Shown here piece by piece: positions 1 to 64,000 of a DNA stretch of 64,000 bases. Source of the stretch: Octopus vulgaris (lineage: Eukaryota); contig OX597834.1 in assembly GCA_951406725.2 (NCBI GenBank), forward strand, positions 40,858,001 through 40,922,000. Direction: 5' to 3'. Within the stretch, counting starts at the first letter, position 1, and every line of letters starts with the position of its first letter. A program made the translations under genes and the position numbers. A model generated the notes under the pieces. The model had not been told where the DNA came from. It saw only the letters and a list, made by a program, of their open reading frames with translations, and searched no databases.

Positions 1-878
1 TCCTGGTATTAAAATAATCTTTCTCTTCATATGTATCAGCAGTTTTTATCAACTTTTAACCCTTTTGTTACCCATGTTCCAGCTGATATACATCACCAGC
101 GTTTCAATTATTTTTGGAAAAAATAACAAATTTAGTAAAAAAAAAAACTTTGTCATTATCTAATTAGTGTTTGAAACATAAATTTATATGGAAGTTTGAT
201 GGGCGGTTTTAATTTAGATGACTTAAAGGATGGGACCTGAGATTTTCTTCTTAACAGGTTTTCCAACAAGAAATGCTCAAAGTTTCTCTAGAATCCTTTC
301 CCAATTTAGAAATCTCAATGGAATTTTCTTTTACTAATATTCCCTTTTCTCTTTTTGTTCCTAATTCAAGTTTTCTATGGTTTTCTAGATTTTTGTGAAG
401 CAAACCAAAATAAAATATGAAAGTGAGTGAAAAGAAAAAAGAATTTTAAAAGGGGAGGGGGAACAGAAGGGAGTTGGCAGTGGTTTTAATAATAATAATA
501 ATCCTTTCTACTAAAGGCACAAGGCCTCAACTTTGGGGGAAGGGGACTAGTCCATTACATCAATCCTGGTGTTTCCCTGATACTTAATTTATTGAGCCTG
601 AAATGATGAAAGCAAAATCGACCTTGGCAGAATTTGAATTCAGAACATAAAGACAGATGAAAAGCTTAGCAGTGCTTCATCAAGCAAATAATAATAACGG
701 TTTCAAATTTTGGCACAAGGACAAGCAATTTCAGAGCAAGGTACATATTTTATCGATCCTGAAAGGATGAAAGGCAAAGTCAACCTCAGTGGAATTTGAA
801 CTCAGAACCTACAGACAGACGAAATGCCACTAAGTATTTTGCCTGGCATGCAACGATTCTGGTATCTGAGATAGGAAC

Positions 879-1120
879 ATCATCATCATCATCGTTTAAC
901 GTCTGTTCTCCATGCTAGCATGGGTTGGACATTTCGACCGGGGATCTGGGAAGCCAGAAGGCTGCACCAGGCCCAGTCTGATCTGGTAGTGTTTCTACAG
1001 CTGGATGCTCTTCCTAACGCCAACCACTCCGAGAGTGTAGTGGGTGCTCGTGCCACCGGCACAGGTGCCGGACGAGACTGGCAGATGGCCACGATCGAAT
1101 GGTGCTTTTTACGTGCCAAT
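879..1120 (-). mobile_element. SINE-like family A ((GAT)n tail)
   Basis: (cat)n-cgtttaacgtc..catgctagcatgggttgga..ctacagctggatgc..aacgccaaccactcc; at least 7 copies in window; strand assigned from the tail. Confidence 0.75.
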
Positions 1121-2729
1121 GCCAACAATTTTAGGAGAGAGAGTGTAGTCAGCCCTATAATTCCAGCCCCTATAGCACTTCTCTGGCTGTCAATAGAGAT
1201 TGGTAGAAACACATTTACTTTGTACCAGTATTAAATGTAGAGACAATTATTGTGTAGGGCTCAAGGTCAGTACTGATTGACTCAGCCAGCAGACTTGCGA
1301 CCAACTGGACGTTCCGACCATAACCATCCAATCCTGTTTTCCTGGACTGGATTGCAAATCCAAGACTGCATTATCCAATGTGTCCTGCTTCCTTTGGAGA
1401 CAATAAGATTTGAGTTAAGAATGGTTTGGTTATTATATTTTTGCAGGTCAAGCATTATCCACTGTGTCCATTCTTTCTTCCATTGGAGGCAGTGCAATTT
1501 GGGTCAAGCATTGTTTGGCTGCTATTTTTAGCAGGTCAAGTGACCAGGTAGATGCTCACTCATTATCTCAAAATGTTGAGATGATGATGCTCTTTCACTC
1601 GGAGACCTGACTGAGTAGACCAATGATCAAAGGTGTGGGAGAAGCACTTACACCTGCTTTCCAAGTACCTGACTGTTACTTTATTTTGTCAGCAACTGGA
1701 AGCAAAGATTTTTGAATCAACAATTCAAAGAAAGGGCAGAACTAACTAAATAACAAATTTTGGCATTTTTGGCTCCGTTGAATTGGTTTTACCAGCTGTT
1801 GCACCAACAAAATAATATTTGTAACAAGACAGAAAGGTAAAAATATGAGCAAAAAACAAAGAAAATTAAAAATCCTCCTCCCCACCCCCAGCCAAAAAAA
1901 ATAAATAAAACCCAGAAAATATAAAGAAGCAAATAAAAATTTTAAAAGATTTCTTTTCGATTGCTTTCTTCTCCTGCCATTCTACCAACCAAGAAATACT
2001 GTTTGAACCAATTCTTGATAATAAAATAAAATTTTTTTAATTAGTTTGGTAAATGGCATGGTGGGGGTAGGGAAGGAGTTGGAGGGGGCAATACCACCAG
2101 GTAGTTTGGGGGGAGGATAGTGAAACGACAGAGATGGGGACAGAGAAGCTGTTTAAAGGGTGGCTGCGGTGGGACAAAGGGGGTGGTAGTGTTCACTGAG
2201 TGACCAGGTGTGATACAGCAGGACATGGTTGACTGCAGATTTAGGGGGGAACAGAATCAGCAGCCGTGGACTGATTTAGGGACTAACACATGTTTTCCTT
2301 TTTTTCTTTTGTAATTCACATTCTCCTCCCCTTCTTCATCACTATCAATATTTAGCATCGATGCTTCATGCTGGCATGGATTCAATAGCACAACAGGGTC
2401 TGGTGAATCCAAGAACTGCATCATGCTCCAGAGTCCACTTTGGCATGGTTTATACAGCTGGATGCCCTTCCTAATGCCAGCCACTTTACAGCATGTACTG
2501 GATACTTTTTCTCATGACAGCAGCCCGAGTTAGGTCATCATGCTGCTAGCAAGACTACAAACCCTGACCAAGGGGCAACTTTATGATACGAGATGAAGAA
2601 TAGAGAGGGATAAAGTATGAAAGAAAATGGGCCTGAACAAAACAGGTTTCCCACAGTAGAAGAGCTACAGGTTTAATCCCATACTAGAAGAGAGGATTAA
2701 TGACAGATTGAACAGAAGATGTGGCAATT

Positions 2730-2775
2730 CTTCCACACAATACAACACCACCAACTCATTCACGTCTCTTTTATT
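2730..2775 (-). promoter_or_regulatory. Candidate Vav polyadenylation signal (implies ~2.9 kb 3' UTR)
   Basis: Minus-strand AATAAA at 2775-2770 followed by a GU-rich tract (gttggtggtgttgtattgtgtgg); other AATAAA sites exist, so not unique. Confidence 0.35.
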
Positions 2776-3953
2776 GTACTCATCTGGAGAAAGTCCAGGA
2801 TTGCTGGGATTAACTTCTACAAGGCAATGAGAGAATAAGAGATCAGTGTGGAGTCTTTGAGATTTAAGATAACTTATTAGGAAGAGGAGAGGAAGGGCAG
2901 ATGAGGGCTGCTATGATGTGTAAGCCAATGTGTCTCGCATGTAACAGCCCTGAATATCTATACTGTCATTGTGTGAACTAACCACGTAAAGACCTTGCAC
3001 CTTGCATATATAGGTGCAGCTATAAAACCTGTGTGCCTATGTGGTGTAATGTAAAATGGAGTAAATCAAACTTGATAAGCTGATAATAAAAAATAATAAT
3101 AATAATCATAAAATGACAGAAATAATAAAAAGAACTAAAATGGAGGTGGTACAATAAACAAAATATTTAAATTTAAAAATAAACAAAAAAAAAACAACAG
3201 AAATCAAAAGAAAACATACACACATGCACACGTGTGTGTATATATATACACACACATACACGTGTGTGTATATATATACATACACACACATACACGTGTG
3301 TGTGTGTATATACACACACACTACACATATGCAAATATATATACATACATACATATATATATGGATATATGTGTATGAGTGTATGTATATAATGCACATA
3401 TGTGTATCAGTATGTGGGCGTGTGTGTAAATGAATGTTATATATATACATATATGTGTGTGTGTGAGTTTATATTTGTTTACATATATGTATATATGTTT
3501 ATATATGTACATATTTTTGTATATATGTTTATATATATATATATATATATGTGTGTACACACACACACACACTTACAAACATATACATACATGGCAGTTA
3601 TTTTCCTGTAGTCAGCAGAAATCATTTTACACTAATAATATCCAAGTTCCAAAAAAAACAATCTTGTTTTTTTTTAGTGTTCATTGTTTCTTTAGAATCA
3701 ATTTGATTTTGTCCACATTGTGAAGGCAGCCTTTTTACCTATATGTCAAAGCAGTTTTATCAACACATGGGGGCAGTTTCTTTTTATTTACCTACATGTG
3801 AAAGCAGTTTTGTCAACATGTGAAAGGCAGCATTGTTGCCCACATGTGAAAGCAGTTTTGTCAACATGTGAGGGTAGCTTCTGTCCTCATGTAGTGTTTG
3901 GCTGCAAACAACTTCACGGTCAATCTGAGGGAAGTAGTAGCAGTGTGTGTGTG

Positions 3954-3984
<31 letters not shown>

Positions 3985-4163
3985 TTTGTAAGAGATGCAA
4001 CACTCAATGTGAGAAGTCTGTTCAAAGATAACCAAGATAATCTCAAGAAAAGGGAGACAGGCAGACAGTAAAAGACATCACAGAAAGAAACAGAGAAATA
4101 GAGAGAGATACACGGATAGAAAGAAGTAGACAGACAGAGAGCAAGATACACAGACACACACAC

Positions 4164-4164
<1 letters not shown>

Positions 4165-4202
<38 letters not shown>

Positions 4203-4272
4203 ATATATATGTATATATATATATATATATTTTATAACATATTATAGTATCTAATTCTCTCACCCTTATTAA

Positions 4273-4309
<37 letters not shown>

Positions 4310-4317
4310 TATGTATG

Positions 4318-4362
<45 letters not shown>

Positions 4363-4393
4363 GCATATATATGTATATATGTATATGTATATA

Positions 4394-4454
<61 letters not shown>

Positions 4455-4635
4455 GTATATATGTATATATATATATGTATATATATACATATATACATAT
4501 ATGTACATATATATACATATATACACATATATACATATATGTACATATATATATATATATGTACATATATATATATATATATATGTACATATATATATAT
4601 ATGTATGTGCATATGCGAGTGTTCATTTATATATG

Positions 4636-4666
<31 letters not shown>

Positions 4667-4670
4667 GTAG
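4165..4670. repeat. Long compound (TA)n microsatellite in presumed 3' UTR
   Basis: Direct reading; source of the IY-repeat ORFs. Confidence 0.95.
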
Positions 4671-5449
4671 GTAGGTAGACAGAAATAATGAAATTGGTGA
4701 AATGTAGGTTGCATGTTAAGTCAAATAGTTCCACACAATGTACGGATGTTATGGCAACAATATTAAAACCATATTTAAAGATTTTGTTTCTTCTTCTTCT
4801 TCTCTGTATTAAAGGTTATTTTTTTTAGTGGGGGGAGGGGATGCTGGATTGAGTGAACAAATGGGACATTATATATATATATGCACACACACATTCACAC
4901 ACACACATACATGTATTTATATATATATACACACGCACGCACACACATATACATATATATAGTTCTCACATTTTTTTTTTTAAAAACTGACAGAACCCAG
5001 TAAGTGGGTGATCCCTGGAAAATGTGAAGTTAGGGGCTTTCATCTTCTTTTTTTTTCCTTTTCTTCTTTTTTTCTTCCCTTTTCTTCTTCCTTCACCTCC
5101 TTCCTTTTTTTTTCCTTCCTCCTCTCCCCCGCCCCAAAACCAACGAGCTTGTTTTAGGTAGGGGGGGCCGGGAGGTAACCATGAGAGCAGAGTATAGGTG
5201 GCGTTTGCAGCTCAGTTCGGAGCCGGAACTGGACTCGCCTGATGAGACGGGGGGTGGGGGGGTGGAGAGAAAAAAAAAAAAAACAAAAAAAAACAATGCA
5301 TAGTATATGCCAGGTCAATAAAGTGAATGAAACAGCAAACAAGAGACATGATCACGCATGCATGCACATATACAACCATATGCTGCACACTTCCATTGAC
5401 GTACATGCTAACAGCAGGCATACTTCCACAGAGTCAACACTTCAGACTA

Positions 5450-5600
5450 AGGTGGCGGTGGTGGTGGTGGTGGTAGTGGTGGTGGCGGCGGTGGTGGTGC
5501 TGGTGGTGGTGGTGGTGGTGGTAGTGATTGTTGTCGATATTGTTGTTGGAGTAGTAGTAGTATTTTTTTTTGTTGTTGATGTTGTTGTTGTTGTTGTTGC
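5450..5600. repeat. (GGT)n/(GTT)n trinucleotide tract just downstream of the Vav stop
   Basis: Direct reading. Confidence 0.9.
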
Positions 5601-5677
5601 GGTAATGGTGTTTTTGTTGTTCCTCGGAATACAAAGACCAGACGGGGTTCGTGACGGAGCATTCTGGTTTCCCGCTT

Positions 5678-64000
<58,323 letters not shown>

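Noticed and set aside
3106-4714. Many 70-145 aa ORFs rich in Y/I/H/T/C/V
   Set aside because: Translations of (TA)n and (CA)n microsatellites; same for 32476, 44143-44826 and 45233-45790

Overview
AT-rich, microsatellite- and SINE-dense animal genomic DNA, not prokaryotic. The repeat families look like those of Octopus, but the species is an inference. The window holds the 3' part of a minus-strand Vav-family Rho/Rac GEF gene. I assembled it by hand from GT-AG exons with consistent phases: end of DH, PH, C1, SH3, SH2, SH3, with the stop at 5678-5680. The 5' part lies beyond 64000. Almost all ORFs in the supplied track are microsatellite or repeat artefacts. The gene carries a layer of probable alternative splicing: a duplicated, obligatorily mutually exclusive exon pair for the SH3-SH2 linker; a 24-nt micro-exon encoding the SH3 ligand PPIPPR; candidate 21-nt and 6-nt micro-exons in a PH loop; and a NAGNAG acceptor. 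Its C1 domain appears to have lost one zinc site. The introns contain hammerhead-ribozyme motifs of the Penelope type, two of them with a swapped G3-C8 core in the Vav sense direction, plus several long fold-backs that could be ADAR substrates. They also hold SINEs, MITEs, a Helitron, CR1/Tx1/Gypsy fragments and a tRNA-Leu pseudogene. Exon coordinates were read at splice sites; repeat boundaries are approximate.
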